A DNA stretch of 64,000 nucleotides from assembly GCA_963665275.2 (NCBI GenBank), contig CAXXIN010000013.1:256001-320000 (forward strand), in the 5' to 3' direction. The position numbers and the translations under genes were made by a program. This document shows, one piece after another, positions 29,920 through 40,854 of this stretch. The notes beneath the pieces were generated by a model that was not told where the DNA came from, did no database searches, and saw nothing but the letters and a program-made list of their open reading frames with translations. Position 1 is the first letter of the stretch; each line of letters starts with the position of its first letter. The stretch comes from Negativicutes bacterium (GTDB lineage Bacteria > Bacillota > Negativicutes > UBA1444).

Positions 29920-31199
29920 AGTGACCGCCACCCTTTCCACGCATCCGCCAGCAATCTTCCCACGCCGCCGTGAGCTCCAATCGCTTGCCGGATAACGTCC
30001 GTGATCTTGTCCGGCACCCGTCCGTCAACAGTGAAGGCCCCCTTGAAGACAGCCCGCCCCAGTGCCGGATATTCGGTGAACATGCGAGGGTTCGCCAGCA
30101 GGTCCGGATAGCCTGCAAAACGTTTCATCGTTCCAATCAGGCCTATTTTCTCCAGCTCCGCCATGTAAGCCGGACCCGTCGTCGCTGCGTCTTTGGCGGC
30201 CAAAATCCCTTCTGCCGCCGCAATACCGCTGGCAATCGCCAAATCGATCCCGCGCACCACAAAGCCGCCGTTGATGGCGAATCCAGCTGCGTCCCCGATG
30301 ATGAGCAATCCCTCGCGGTAAAGCTTGGACGGAACTCCCCGCCAACCGGCTTCCGGAATCAGATGGGCGCTGTACTCGGCCGTCTCGCCGCCGTCGATGA
30401 GAGGGCGTACTGCCGGATGCAGTTTAAACTCCTGGATGATTTCCTGAACTTTTTTTCCGTGTCGGGCCGCCTCTTCCGGTGAAAAGACCAGCCCGAGCGA
30501 AATGGAATCCTTGTTGGTGTAAAGAAAGCCACCGCCCTGAATTCCTTCGGTGCAGCCGAGGAACAGGCGCGTTGCCCCCTGCCCGCCTCCTACTTGGAAA
30601 CGGGCTTCGATAGCCGCTGCGTCCAGCCGGATCACTTCTTTCACGCCAACCGCAACGGAATGCGGGGTAAGCTCACCGCACAGACCGGCTTTTTGTGCAA
30701 TAAGAGAATTGACTCCGTCAGCAGCAATAACCACATCGGCCAGAATTCGGTCTTCACCGGCCTGCACCCCGATGATCCGTCCCCCTTCCTCAACGAGGCC
30801 GTCCACACGAATTCCGGCCGCCAGCATCGCTCCGGCGGACTCGGCCTGCCCGGCCAGCCACTCGTCGAAAGTCGCCCGGAGAATTGTGTAAGAATGGGGC
30901 ACTTCCCCGTCAAAGGCGGGTTCGAAATAGTCTACGGTCGTTGCCGAACCGCCGCTCATCAGTGTGATCTGTTCCCGAATCACTTTTCTTTCCAGCGGAG
31001 CTGCAGCATGCAGACCCGCTTCCAGACGCTCCAGCGCCCAGGTATAGACCCGGCCGCCGGTGACATTTTTCGTCCCGGCCGATGCCCCGCGTTCCACCAG
31101 CAGCACACTCCGGCCGGCCCGGGCCAGCACCAGGGCACAGGCGGAACCTGCCGGTCCCGCCCCGATCACGATAGCATCAAATCTTTCTTCTTCTGCCAT
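29916..31199 (-). CDS. fixC: FixC-type ETF:quinone oxidoreductase (FAD)
   Basis: IGAGPAG, GTKNVTGG, AADGVNS, GGGFLYTNKDSISLG, EYSAHLIPE, GDAAG. Confidence 0.9.
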   Translation of the reverse strand: MAEEERFDAIVIGAGPAGSACALVLARAGRSVLLVERGASAGTKNVTGGRVYTWALERLEAGLHAAAPLERKVIREQITLMSGGSATTVDYFEPAFDGEVPHSYTILRATFDEWLAGQAESAGAMLAAGIRVDGLVEEGGRIIGVQAGEDRILADVVIAADGVNSLIAQKAGLCGELTPHSVAVGVKEVIRLDAAAIEARFQVGGGQGATRLFLGCTEGIQGGGFLYTNKDSISLGLVFSPEEAARHGKKVQEIIQEFKLHPAVRPLIDGGETAEYSAHLIPEAGWRGVPSKLYREGLLIIGDAAGFAINGGFVVRGIDLAIASGIAAAEGILAAKDAATTGPAYMAELEKIGLIGTMKRFAGYPDLLANPRMFTEYPALGRAVFKGAFTVDGRVPDKITDVIRQAIGAHGGVGRLLADAWKGWRSL

Positions 31200-31210
31200 G
31201 TCCGCCTCCC

Positions 31211-32159
31211 TCAGCCTATCCGGGCCTTCAGTGCGGCCGTCAGCAAAGGCGCCGCTTCGTTGAGATCGCCCACGATTCCGTAATCTGCTGCGGCAAAAAT
31301 AGGCGCATTTTCGTTGGTGTCAACCCCAACGATGATCTTGGAATCCCGAATTCCGGCCACATGCTGGACCTGCCCGGAGACGCCAAGTGAAATGTACAGT
31401 TTGGGCCTGATTTTACGACCCGACAAGCCAATGTAGGTTTCTTCCGGCATCCAGCCGTAGTCTTCTGCAATGGACCGAGTGCAGCCGACTGCACCGCCGA
31501 GAAACCGACGCCAGGTCTTCTGCCAGCTTTAAGTCTTCCTGTTTCCCCATGCCGCGTCCCACGCAGACCACGCGTTTCCGCCTCTGCAATATCGGCGCCG
31601 CCGCGCTCTACGGGACACACTTCACCGACGACGGCGCGGCTGGCTGTGTCCGCCTGAACTGTAACCACCTGGGCCGTGCGGGACTGATCCGGCGCAGGCG
31701 ACTCATAGTTTGCCGCCGGCACAGTTACGAGGGTCATTTCGTTCAGTGTCTCAGTGCAGACAGCCAGTCCGTCCGTACATCAGCCGTTCGGTATCTCGAA
31801 CCCGGTTGCGCCGCGGCGAACCGAGAAAGCCTCCGATACCAGGCCTGCCCGAAGATGTGCCGCAACCGTCGCGGCGATCTCCTTGCCCCGCAGCGTTGCC
31901 GCTACGAGAAAAAGTTCCGGGGTATGTTCTGAACAAAGTTTAGCCATTGCCGGTGCGTAACTTTTCCGGCCAAGAACTGGCGCCGGTCAGCACATAGACC
32001 GTATCTGCGCCCGCCGCAGTCAATGCCGGAGTTGAAGCCGAATCCAGCGTCAGCACTCCTACCGTAAAAGGCATTCCATCCGCCAGGTTTCGCGCCAACC
32101 CGATCAACCGGGCACTCAGCGGCAGCATCTTCGGAAAAAACCCATATACAGGCCATCAT
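31211..32159 (-). pseudogene. fixB: ETF alpha subunit (FixB), multiple apparent frameshifts
   Basis: Fragments IWVFSED, GADTVYVL, YIGLSG..IRPKLYISLGVSGQVQHVAGI...NENAPIF..ADYGIVGDL lie in several frames. Confidence 0.78.
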
Positions 32160-32171
32160 ATTCTCTCCTTC

Positions 32172-32961
32172 CTATGCAAGGACTCCTTCTTTGACCAGCG
32201 CATCCGCGAGGATTTCCACCCGTTCCGCCATTGTCCCGTCTTTCAGTACGATATTTTTCCGGTTCATCACATAGCCCCGGATACCGGTAACGGTGGTTTT
32301 GGGCGTCAGAGTCAGAAGCTGCCAACCCTAATTCATCCAGTTTTATTTCGGTCTGCGGTTTTTTCGCCGCTGCAAGCACCTGTTTCAATCCGGGGATACG
32401 GGGTTTGTTCACTTCAGGCAATACCGTGACGAGGACCGAGAAAATCGGCCACAACTGTCTCGGTGCAATCACCCAAGCTTGCGTACTGCAGACACCTGGT
32501 TTCCTTCAATCGACAGTTCCTTTACGAACGTGATGACCGGAATTCCAAGCAACGCCGCCACTCGCGGCCCCACTTGCTGGGCATAGGTGTCGGTCGGCGC
32601 CTTCGCCGCACAGGATCAGGTCATAGTTGCCGCTTTTTTTTCAACATGGCCGCCAGCACATTGGCTGTAACAAACCCATCCGTTTTCGCCGCCGCCTCTT
32701 CACCCGTCCAGAATACTTTATCCGGACCGCGTGAAAGCACGTCCTTGAGGGAGTTCTTCACTCGCCGCCCCGAAGGTCAGGGGCAGACACCTCGCAGCCG
32801 CCTGTCTTTTCGGCGATGAGTACCGCCTCCTCGAGTGCGTTGCGGTCGTAGTCACTGATCTTTGATTTCGCCCGACTGAAGTCGAGTGAGCGATCCGAAG
32901 CGTTGATACGAATATCCTGCTCATCAGGTACCCATTTATAGCATACGGCAATGTTCGCCAT
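32172..32961 (-). pseudogene. fixA: ETF beta subunit (FixA), multiple apparent frameshifts
   Basis: MANIAVCYKWVPDEQDI...KISDYDRNALEEAV and VLVTVLPEVNKPRIPGLKQVLAAAKKP in different frames. Confidence 0.78.
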
Positions 32962-33045
32962 CGCGAATCTCCTTTCATTACGGCCGCCGCAGGACCTACC
33001 TCGGTCCTGCGGCAGCCTCGACATCACAGCTCAATGCCCGAAAAC

Positions 33046-34196
33046 TCAAGATAGTACTGTTCGGCTGATTACCACTTTGCAGATCTCCGAAGTTCCTTCG
33101 CCAATGGTCAGAAGCTTGGAGTCCCGGAGGAACCGTTCCACTTCGAAGTCCTGGCTGTAGCCGTTGCCGCCGTGAATCTGGACAGAACGGTCGCATACCC
33201 GGACACACATTTCGGATGAGAATAGTTTTCAGCATCGCTGCCTCATGGGTAAACGGCACGCCCGCATCTCGCATGGCGGCAACCCGGTTAGAGCATCGTA
33301 CGGGCCAGTTCGATCTCAGTCGCCATGTCTGCAATATAGAAAGCGATGGCTTGGTGGTTCCGCGATCGGCTATGCCGAACTGGATTCGTTCCTTCGCATA
33401 TGTAACGGCCCGGTCAAGCGAACCCTGGGCCATGCCGACGGCCATAGCCGAGATAGCGATGCGCCCTTCGTCGAGTCCTTTCATGAACAGCGGGAAGCCC
33501 TTGTTCAGGGCCGCCCAGCAGGTTTCTCTTGAGGAACACGGTCAGTTGCGGAAAATGAGCTCGCCGGTGGCAGAGCTGTGCAGCCCCATCTTCTTTTCCA
33601 GTTTGCCGATTTCAAAACCCGACGTACCTTTTTCAATGATGAAGGCGCTGATGCCGCGCGGCCCCTTTGGAGGGATCGGTTTTGGCTGTGACAATGTAGA
33701 TTTCGGCCACACCGACATTGGTAATCCAGCATTTGGACCCGTTGATGACCCATTCGTCGCCTTCGAGCACAGCCACCGTTTTCGAAGCGGCTGCGTCGGA
33801 ACCGGCGCCCGGTTCGGTGAGACCAAAGGACATCAATTTTTCGCCCTTGGCCGCCGGCACCAGATATTTTTTCTTTTGGGCTTCACTGCCCGCCAGGAAG
33901 AGCGGCATGCAGCCTAGCGAAGTGTGAGCGTCGATGATGAGCGCGAGTGAACCGTTTTCCTTGGCGATCTCTTCGATGATCAGGCACTCACTGATCGAAT
34001 CCGCACCCGCTCCACCGTACTCTTCGGGAATGGGTATACCTAGAAAGTTGAGTTCGGCGCAGCGTTTCACCAGATCATGCGGGAATTCATGCGCCTGATC
34101 CAACTTCTTGGTGACTGGCGCCACCTCATTTTTGGCGAATTCACGCGCAATGTTGCGCATTAGTTCATGCTCTTCCGTCAGTTGTATGTGTGACAT
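33046..34196 (-). pseudogene. Acyl-CoA dehydrogenase 2, multiple apparent frameshifts
   Basis: [36 protein letters not shown] and terminal ...VVISRTVLS across frames. Confidence 0.8.
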
Positions 34197-34232
34197 GGAT
34201 ATGCCTCCCTGTTATATGAATCATGGGGTTTA

Positions 34233-35369
34233 TCAGCGCAGGGCAATCCCTGATATGACCATCCTCTGAACTTCGGAGGTCCCTTCGTAAATTTCCGTGA
34301 TTTTGGCGTCCCGCATGAGGCGTTCGACTTTGGCGCCCCTCATGTAACCGTAGCCGCCTTGAATCTGAATGGCCTTGATCGAATGCTTCATGGCGGTTTC
34401 TGCAGCGAAAACTTTGCAGCAGGCTGCTTCCAACGAGAACGGCTTGCCCGCATCTTTCAGCGAAGCGGCGGTGTGCACCAGCTGGCGCGCTGCCAGGACA
34501 TCCATTTGCATGTCGGCGATCATCCACTGGATTGCCTGGTTTGCTGCCAGGGGCTTGCCGAATTGTTTGCGCTCCTTGGCATAGAGGATTGATTCGTCCA
34601 GACACGCCTGGGCAATGCCCACAGCCTGGGCTCCGATGCCGATGCGTCCGCCATCAAGTGTGCCCATTGCGACTTTGAAGCCATCGCCTTCTTTGCCAAT
34701 CAGGTTTGCTTTTGGAACACGGCAATCTTTGAAGAAAATCTCTGTGGTATGGGAGCCGCGTACGCCCATCTTGTCCTCATGCTTGCCTACTGTCCACGGC
34801 GATACGGCCTTTTCCACGACGAAGGCGCTGATGCCTTTGGTCCCGATGCCCTGAGTGGTCTTTGCCATCACGATCATCAGCCCGCAGCCATCGCCGTTGG
34901 TGATGAAAGTTTTGGTTCCGTTGAGCACATAATAATCGCCCTCCAGAGTCGCCGTCGTTGCGAGCGCCCCTGCGTCCGAACCGGCGCTGGCCTCTGTCAG
35001 AGCAAACCCGCCGAGGGTTTTGTAGTCGGTAATCATGGGAAGGAACTGGGCTTTTTGTTCGGGCGTTCCGAACATGTAAATCGGCACGCCAGCGAGAAGA
35101 TGGCAGGCCAGAATAACTCCGGTGGATGCGCAGGAACGGGACAACTCTTCAATGACCAGCGCGTAGCTCATATAGTCTGCGCCGGCTCCGCCGTATTCGG
35201 CCGGAAACTGGATTCCTGTCATGCCCAATCCAGCCAGCTTCTGCATGGCTTCCGCAGGGAAAATGCCGTCCAAGTCTGTCTTGGATGCTACGGGTTCCAG
35301 CTCCGTCAGTGCGAATTCACGAGCTGCCGCTCGGATGAGTTCTTGTTCCTCTGACAATTCAAATCCCAT
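34233..35369 (-). CDS. Acyl-CoA dehydrogenase 1
   Basis: GGFALTEASAGSDA, NGTKTFITNG, LDGGRIGIGAQ, GGYGY, DAKITEIYEGTSEVQR. Confidence 0.92.
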   Translation of the reverse strand: MGFELSEEQELIRAAAREFALTELEPVASKTDLDGIFPAEAMQKLAGLGMTGIQFPAEYGGAGADYMSYALVIEELSRSCASTGVILACHLLAGVPIYMFGTPEQKAQFLPMITDYKTLGGFALTEASAGSDAGALATTATLEGDYYVLNGTKTFITNGDGCGLMIVMAKTTQGIGTKGISAFVVEKAVSPWTVGKHEDKMGVRGSHTTEIFFKDCRVPKANLIGKEGDGFKVAMGTLDGGRIGIGAQAVGIAQACLDESILYAKERKQFGKPLAANQAIQWMIADMQMDVLAARQLVHTAASLKDAGKPFSLEAACCKVFAAETAMKHSIKAIQIQGGYGYMRGAKVERLMRDAKITEIYEGTSEVQRMVISGIALR

Positions 35370-35387
35370 TTCGATTCAACCTCCCAG

Positions 35388-36647
35388 TTAAATATTTCCT
35401 TTTTCTTTAAGCGCCTGAATTTTTTCTGGTGAAAAACCTAATATTTTGCTCAAAATCGCTTCCGTATCTTGTCCCACGGTGGGAGCTCCGCGCCAGACCT
35501 TTCCCGGAGTTTCGCTGAATTTCGGCACGATGCCGAAAGCCTTGATTTGCTTCAACAGGGTCTGGTCTTCGTATTCGATGAAGTCGTCTCGGCCGATCCA
35601 GTGTGGGTCAGCTACCGCGTCAGCTGCATTGTATACCTTGTTACAGCCAACTTTGGCCTTGCAAAGGATTGCTTCGATTTCCTGCCAAGTGTGCTGTGCG
35701 GCCCATTCAACCGTTTTATTGTGCAACTCCTGCCCTTTTTCTGACGATACTGCCTGGGGCGAAGAGGCACAGTCCTTGAAATTGAAGTATTCGAGATCAA
35801 ATCCGACAGTCTTGACGAAACGGTTGTATACTCCGGGACCGAAGGCGCCGATGACAACATATTCGCCATTCTTGTCCTGGAACAGCCCGTAAGGCTGGAA
35901 TGCGTCGGCCTTCGACGATTGCGTTCTTGCCCGTGTAACATTCGCTTCGGTGAAAGAAACAAAAGTATCAGCCATGATGCGTGCGGCCGCTTCAAACTGT
36001 GCTACATCTATGGCCTGGCCCTTGCCAGTCTTCTGCGCGGAGATGTAGCCTGTCAGCGCCGCGAACGCTGCGGTAAGCGCTGCCTGATAGTCATTGGCCC
36101 AAGGTTTGGTAATCGAAGGCGGACGGTCTTTGTCGCCGTTCAGGAACATCAAACCGCTGGCGGCCTGGCCGATCATGTCGTAGGAAGCGCGGTCGCATTT
36201 TTCGGGATCTCCACCGAACTGGGGACGCCCGTAACCGCTTACGTGTACGATAACCAATTTGGGATTTGTTTCGAGCAGCAGTTCATCCGTGATGCCGTAT
36301 TTATCGAGCCATACCAAGTTTTCCATGAAAATGTCCGATTCTTTAATCAAACCCAGGAACACTTCTTTCACTTCGGGAATGTCGAGATCGAGTTCAAGCG
36401 AAAGGCTCATGCGATTGCGAGCATCCTGTGCCCAGCTGGTGCTGACCTTTTTTCCCTCGTGGACAGCGAAAGGGCCCAGTACGCGAAAGGTATCTCCTAC
36501 TCCCGGCCTTTCGATGTGAATGACTTCAGCACCGAAATCCGCCAACATGTTCGCTCCATGCGGCATAGCAACGATAGAGCCTGCGGTTAACGCGCGGACA
36601 CCCGCGAGTGGGCCGAACTCGGGAACGAGAAATTGTCGTTTACTCAT
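35388..36647 (-). CDS. Family III CoA-transferase (CaiB/BaiF clade)
   Basis: PEFGPLAGVR, LADFGAEVIHIERP, NPKLVIVHVSGYG, RASYDMIGQA (catalytic Asp), WRGAP.VGQDT. Confidence 0.9.
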   Translation of the reverse strand: MSKRQFLVPEFGPLAGVRALTAGSIVAMPHGANMLADFGAEVIHIERPGVGDTFRVLGPFAVHEGKKVSTSWAQDARNRMSLSLELDLDIPEVKEVFLGLIKESDIFMENLVWLDKYGITDELLLETNPKLVIVHVSGYGRPQFGGDPEKCDRASYDMIGQAASGLMFLNGDKDRPPSITKPWANDYQAALTAAFAALTGYISAQKTGKGQAIDVAQFEAAARIMADTFVSFTEANVTRARTQSSKADAFQPYGLFQDKNGEYVVIGAFGPGVYNRFVKTVGFDLEYFNFKDCASSPQAVSSEKGQELHNKTVEWAAQHTWQEIEAILCKAKVGCNKVYNAADAVADPHWIGRDDFIEYEDQTLLKQIKAFGIVPKFSETPGKVWRGAPTVGQDTEAILSKILGFSPEKIQALKEKGNI

Positions 36648-36689
36648 GTCCATTCCTCCATTTTCTGAATTATTCTTTAATTTACATGT

Positions 36690-36706
36690 TGCAAGAATAA
36701 TGCCAA
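36690..36706 (-). promoter_or_regulatory. Sigma-54 promoter of the CaiB-ACAD-fixABCX operon
   Basis: Minus strand TTGGCATTATTCTTGCA. Confidence 0.85.
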
Positions 36707-36710
36707 GAAA

Positions 36711-36745
36711 AAAGCCGCCGCTCCCAAGCAGGAGCGACGGCATTT
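36711..36745 (-). terminator. Hairpin terminator after the sigma-54 activator gene
   Basis: gccgccgctcc-caagca-ggagcgacggc with A-tract on the plus strand. Confidence 0.55.
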
Positions 36746-36883
36746 CAGACTATGCAGTTCTGGGCATTAGCGTTTTATAGCTTATGGCGCATGGTTTTTC
36801 TTCGCCCTCACCAATTTTATGCGATATTGCACATTACACCAACCATAGGTTATGCAATCCGTCACAAAGCAAGCATTTGTTTG

Positions 36884-38344
36884 CTATCTATCTTCCATGT
36901 GCAATTCTGCACTAGAGTTATGCGAATTTGCACTTTTCTTAAATATTCCGTATTTTTGTTTCTTGCGTGTTAGTGTCGACATATCGATTCCCAATTGTCC
37001 GGCCGCATCCAGAAGCGTGTCCGTGTTCTGCATCGCCTTCAAAATCAGAGCTTTTTCCACTTTTTCGACGACGGTTTTCAGGGACATCGCATCAGATAGG
37101 CGTATCGCTTCCGCCGTAAATAAATTCTCCGAGAATTGCTCTGGCAGATGATCGATCCGAATGACATCTTCTTGGCAAAGCACCATTGCCCGCTCAATCG
37201 TGTGTTCCAATTCACGCACATTGCCTGGCCAATCATAACTCATCAGCGCTTCACATACTTCATTGCTCATCGCTTTGTTCTGATGGTACTTCTCATTGCA
37301 TCGTTTCACAAAATAGGTCATAAGAGGCGGGATATCATCTTTTCTCTCCCTGAGGCTCGCAATGGTTATTTTGAACATGTTAAGACGATAGTAAAGATCC
37401 CGCCGGAATTTCCCAGCCGCCACCAACGCTTCAACATCCTTGTTCGTCGCGGCGATAATCTTAACGTCAACTGGAATTTCCTTCGTATCGCCGAGGCGCA
37501 TAATGGTTTTCTCCTGCAATACTTTCAAAAGTTTTGCCTGCATCAATAGGGGGAGTTCGGCAACTTCATCCAAAAACAGTGTTCCTTTGTCGGCGATTTC
37601 GAGCAAACCAGGTTTGCCACCTTTGTTCGCGCCAGTAAAAGCGCCGGCGACGTAACCGAATAACTCCGATTCGAACAGTGCTTCTGGAATCGCGCCGCAG
37701 TTGACGTGAACCAAAGTGCCTTCGCTAACTCGGGAACTGTGTTTATGCATAAATCGGGCAAGTACGTCTTTTCCTACCCCCGATTCTCCAAGAATCAGCG
37801 CTGTTGAATCCACCTTTGCGATGCGTGCGGCCATCTGCAGCATCGTTCTGGATCGGCGGTCCTTAGCGATAAAATCGCTGTCTTCCAATTGTTGCAAATG
37901 CAAATTATCAAGCTGCTGCTTGTATCGCTCGGACTTCTGTTTGACGGAGTTGAGTTCCCGATATACTTCGGTCAACCGGTTCCAGTCCCTCATGGTGCAA
38001 ACGATCAGGCTCAGTTCTCCTTGGGAGTTAAATACCGGTTTGCCGGTGACGATAACGTCTTTTTCCTCTTTGCCCATATAATTCAGGATACAGGTAACCG
38101 GCTGCAAAGCTCGCATCACTTTCTGGCAGACGGAGTCATTGAGGTACCCCTTGTCTAGCATATACTGAACATTTTTGCCGAGCAGTTCTTCCCGGGACAA
38201 GGTGGTGATTTTTTCAAAATTAGTGTTGACCGCTACGATCAAGCCGTTTTTATCTGCGATAAAAACGCCCGCGTCGATTGCCTCAATAATCTTGGCAACA
38301 AATTTATTGGTTGCCAGAGAGTAGTCAATATTCAAATGCCGCAC
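36884..38344 (-). CDS. PAS-domain sigma-54 enhancer-binding protein
   Basis: PAS, LGESGVGKD, SELFGYVAGAFTGA, LFLDEVAE, WPGNVREL, HTH. Confidence 0.92.
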   Translation of the reverse strand: MRHLNIDYSLATNKFVAKIIEAIDAGVFIADKNGLIVAVNTNFEKITTLSREELLGKNVQYMLDKGYLNDSVCQKVMRALQPVTCILNYMGKEEKDVIVTGKPVFNSQGELSLIVCTMRDWNRLTEVYRELNSVKQKSERYKQQLDNLHLQQLEDSDFIAKDRRSRTMLQMAARIAKVDSTALILGESGVGKDVLARFMHKHSSRVSEGTLVHVNCGAIPEALFESELFGYVAGAFTGANKGGKPGLLEIADKGTLFLDEVAELPLLMQAKLLKVLQEKTIMRLGDTKEIPVDVKIIAATNKDVEALVAAGKFRRDLYYRLNMFKITIASLRERKDDIPPLMTYFVKRCNEKYHQNKAMSNEVCEALMSYDWPGNVRELEHTIERAMVLCQEDVIRIDHLPEQFSENLFTAEAIRLSDAMSLKTVVEKVEKALILKAMQNTDTLLDAAGQLGIDMSTLTRKKQKYGIFKKSANSHNSSAELHMEDR

Positions 38345-38578
38345 CCCTCATAATACGATCCAGCTAAGATTCCTTGTTGGAAGGCTTCGCCGCACAACAG
38401 GAAACTCCTGCACGTAGCCAAGGAGTTGTGGCAGCACCTATTTCACACTATATTCAATTGCATTATTTTTCTTTTCTCAACTGGATCCCCAGTCTCTGCC
38501 ACTCCCTGGCCATAAGCCAGCTCAGTTTTTCAGCCGATCTGTCCCCTCTTTGCCCAAACTATTATTCTTGCTTCCACT

Positions 38579-39529
38579 TCAGAAGGTATTTTTAAGCGTT
38601 ACTTCCATTTTGGTATTTTTGGTGTTGTCCGCCAGGGCGACCTGATCTTTGTAGACCACTTCCAAAGATAGCTTGTCATTGAAGGAATGAGTTATTCCGT
38701 AGTAAAATCCTCGATTGTTGTTGTCATACTCACTTTGTTGCCCCATGTCGCCATTGGCCTCCACGCGAAAATTGGTCACATACAGGGCTGTTTTATCAGT
38801 GAACTGATAATTCCAGGTTATTGCGTACGCTTTGTTTTCATCACTCTTATTCGACTGGGTGTATTCTGCCGTCAGACTATTTTTGCCAGAAGTAACGGTT
38901 CCATCCACAGCCCAGTGATTGCTGTTCTCTGCATTGTAATATTGATATTGAGCCAGCGTGAGCCCCACATTTGCATTCTTTGACAGGCTGTACCCGGCTC
39001 TCATTGCATACAAGCTGTTGTTGGGCAGCCATATACTGTTTTCGCGGGCCACGATTCCCGATAAGTCGATAACGCCGATGCTGCCAGTGATGGAAAGCCC
39101 GTCTACGAAGGCATTGTTGCCGACATTCGTTTCCGGTCGGTTGTACAGCAGTTCAGTGACGCCCACGGCGATATCCTGCCGCCCCAATTTGTAGACGAGT
39201 TTATTGGACTTGTAGATCAGGCCGAACTGATCAATGGTTGCAATTGCTTTGGTATCTTGCCCATACACCGACAAGTCATAGTCTCCCAAGATCGGATTAC
39301 TGGCATATTGGGCGCCAAGTCGTCCATACAGGGACAGCCCTTTGCCTATTTTTTTCTCGCCCTTTAGTGTCAATGTGTACATCATGCCGGACTCTGCTGC
39401 AGTATTTTCAGCCGTGTCGGCTTCATATTTGACCGAGACGTCCCCGCTGATTTCCACCGGTGCGGCAGCTCCAACCGGCATCATGGCGAACATCAACCCA
39501 GTCATGATCGTTGCAATATAGGTTTTCAC
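38579..39529 (-). CDS. Putative outer-membrane beta-barrel/porin-like protein
   Basis: Signal peptide, ISGDVSVKY start, alternating aromatic/hydrophobic strands, KLGRQ, C-terminal Phe. Confidence 0.65.
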   Translation of the reverse strand: MKTYIATIMTGLMFAMMPVGAAAPVEISGDVSVKYEADTAENTAAESGMMYTLTLKGEKKIGKGLSLYGRLGAQYASNPILGDYDLSVYGQDTKAIATIDQFGLIYKSNKLVYKLGRQDIAVGVTELLYNRPETNVGNNAFVDGLSITGSIGVIDLSGIVARENSIWLPNNSLYAMRAGYSLSKNANVGLTLAQYQYYNAENSNHWAVDGTVTSGKNSLTAEYTQSNKSDENKAYAITWNYQFTDKTALYVTNFRVEANGDMGQQSEYDNNNRGFYYGITHSFNDKLSLEVVYKDQVALADNTKNTKMEVTLKNTF

Positions 39530-39654
39530 ATGTCACTTCCTTTCCCGTTGATGTTGTTGATTATACACTAAATGATTTATTTTCTCAACTAGCAAATTTA
39601 TCCGCTTATTTCGCTGCCATTTTTCCAGTCCTTTCGTGGAAGAAACCGGGATAT

Positions 39655-39682
39655 AAAAAAATCCCGGCAAAAATTGCCGGGA
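39655..39682 (-). terminator. Intrinsic terminator after the PDZ gene
   Basis: tcccggcaa-aaa-ttgccggga with A-tract on the plus strand. Confidence 0.6.
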
Positions 39683-39693
39683 AGAAGTATGCG

Positions 39694-40833
39694 TTAGATG
39701 GATACAGGAACGACCAAGTCCACGAAGGCATCCCCGCGTCTCACCTTGATCTTGCTGACCGGAGTGGATGCAGAGAGAACTTCTTGCAAGTGCGCAACAT
39801 TTTTCAGAGAAACCCCGTTAACCTCCACGATAATGTCGTTCACCATCAAATTCATACGCTGAGCCGTGCTATTGTTGTCTACACCGGTAACCACCACTCC
39901 TGCGGCAGAAGGAAGGTTCAAGGTTTTGACATCCTCGTCGGTAAGAGCGCGGATGGTTGCCCCCAACTTCGGTTTATCCGGCGGCGGTTGCGCCGGAGCG
40001 AGCGGTTGATCGATCAACTTGCGGATTTCAGCGGCTTTGACATTGGGATTTTGATAGGTGACTTCCTTCTCCAGAATTTCTCCGCGCCGAAACACTTTGA
40101 CAACCACTTTGATGTCATATGAATTGACAGAGGCGAAGCCTTGCTGGATTTTCCAAAGCATCGCCGCATCGGCGATCTCCTGTCCGCCGAAGGTCACCAC
40201 AATATCTTCGTTCTGGATCCCCGCCCGATCGAACGGTCCTCCGGCCAAGACAGTTTTGAGTACGGCGCCAGTTTTATTTTTCCAACCGAGTTTGCTGCGA
40301 AACCAGTCTTCACTGGTAGGAATCGTATAGCCGCCGCTAATCACCCACTTGGCGCCGGAAGCTGCGGCCAGAGTGGCTACCGCGTCCGCGAACCGCCGCG
40401 CTGTCGCCTCATTTTTGACGCAGAAAGTCGTCGCCACAGAGTTATCCTGAGTCACACACCAAGGATTGACCGCAGCGGATTCGGTATTCGAGTTAGGGCC
40501 GATCGTCAGCGACGAAACAGTCTTAAAGACGAGAGTGGCGTTTTCGGAGCGCAGGTCCGGCACTGTCATATAATACATATCCCAGGTATTCCAGACCTTC
40601 TTGGTGCCGAGGTATTCCGAAAACAGCCGCAAGCCGTACTTATCAATTTCAGCCGTTTGCTTGGGATAATTTGACCAGCCGAAGAAGGAACCCTTGAGAC
40701 TCTGCAGCACTTCCAACGCTTCTTTATCCGAGACGAAGAAGGACGGAGCGTACCACGTTTCGCAATGTCCTACAGCAAGGGAACCCGTCATGATAAATAC
40801 GGCAATCAGGAATGCGGCCCAATATCGTTTCAT
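39694..40833 (-). CDS. Exported protein with two PDZ domains
   Basis: Signal peptide; GPFDRAGIQNEDIVVTFGG and KLGATIRAL...GVVVTGV...NDIIVEVNG; no trypsin catalytic motif seen. Confidence 0.75.
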   Translation of the reverse strand: MKRYWAAFLIAVFIMTGSLAVGHCETWYAPSFFVSDKEALEVLQSLKGSFFGWSNYPKQTAEIDKYGLRLFSEYLGTKKVWNTWDMYYMTVPDLRSENATLVFKTVSSLTIGPNSNTESAAVNPWCVTQDNSVATTFCVKNEATARRFADAVATLAAASGAKWVISGGYTIPTSEDWFRSKLGWKNKTGAVLKTVLAGGPFDRAGIQNEDIVVTFGGQEIADAAMLWKIQQGFASVNSYDIKVVVKVFRRGEILEKEVTYQNPNVKAAEIRKLIDQPLAPAQPPPDKPKLGATIRALTDEDVKTLNLPSAAGVVVTGVDNNSTAQRMNLMVNDIIVEVNGVSLKNVAHLQEVLSASTPVSKIKVRRGDAFVDLVVPVSI

Positions 40834-40854
40834 TCAATTAGCCTCCTTGCCAGA

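Noticed and set aside
29629-32961. fixABCX as evidence of nitrogen fixation
   Set aside because: No nif genes; cotranscribed with acyl-CoA dehydrogenases as in cai-fix loci
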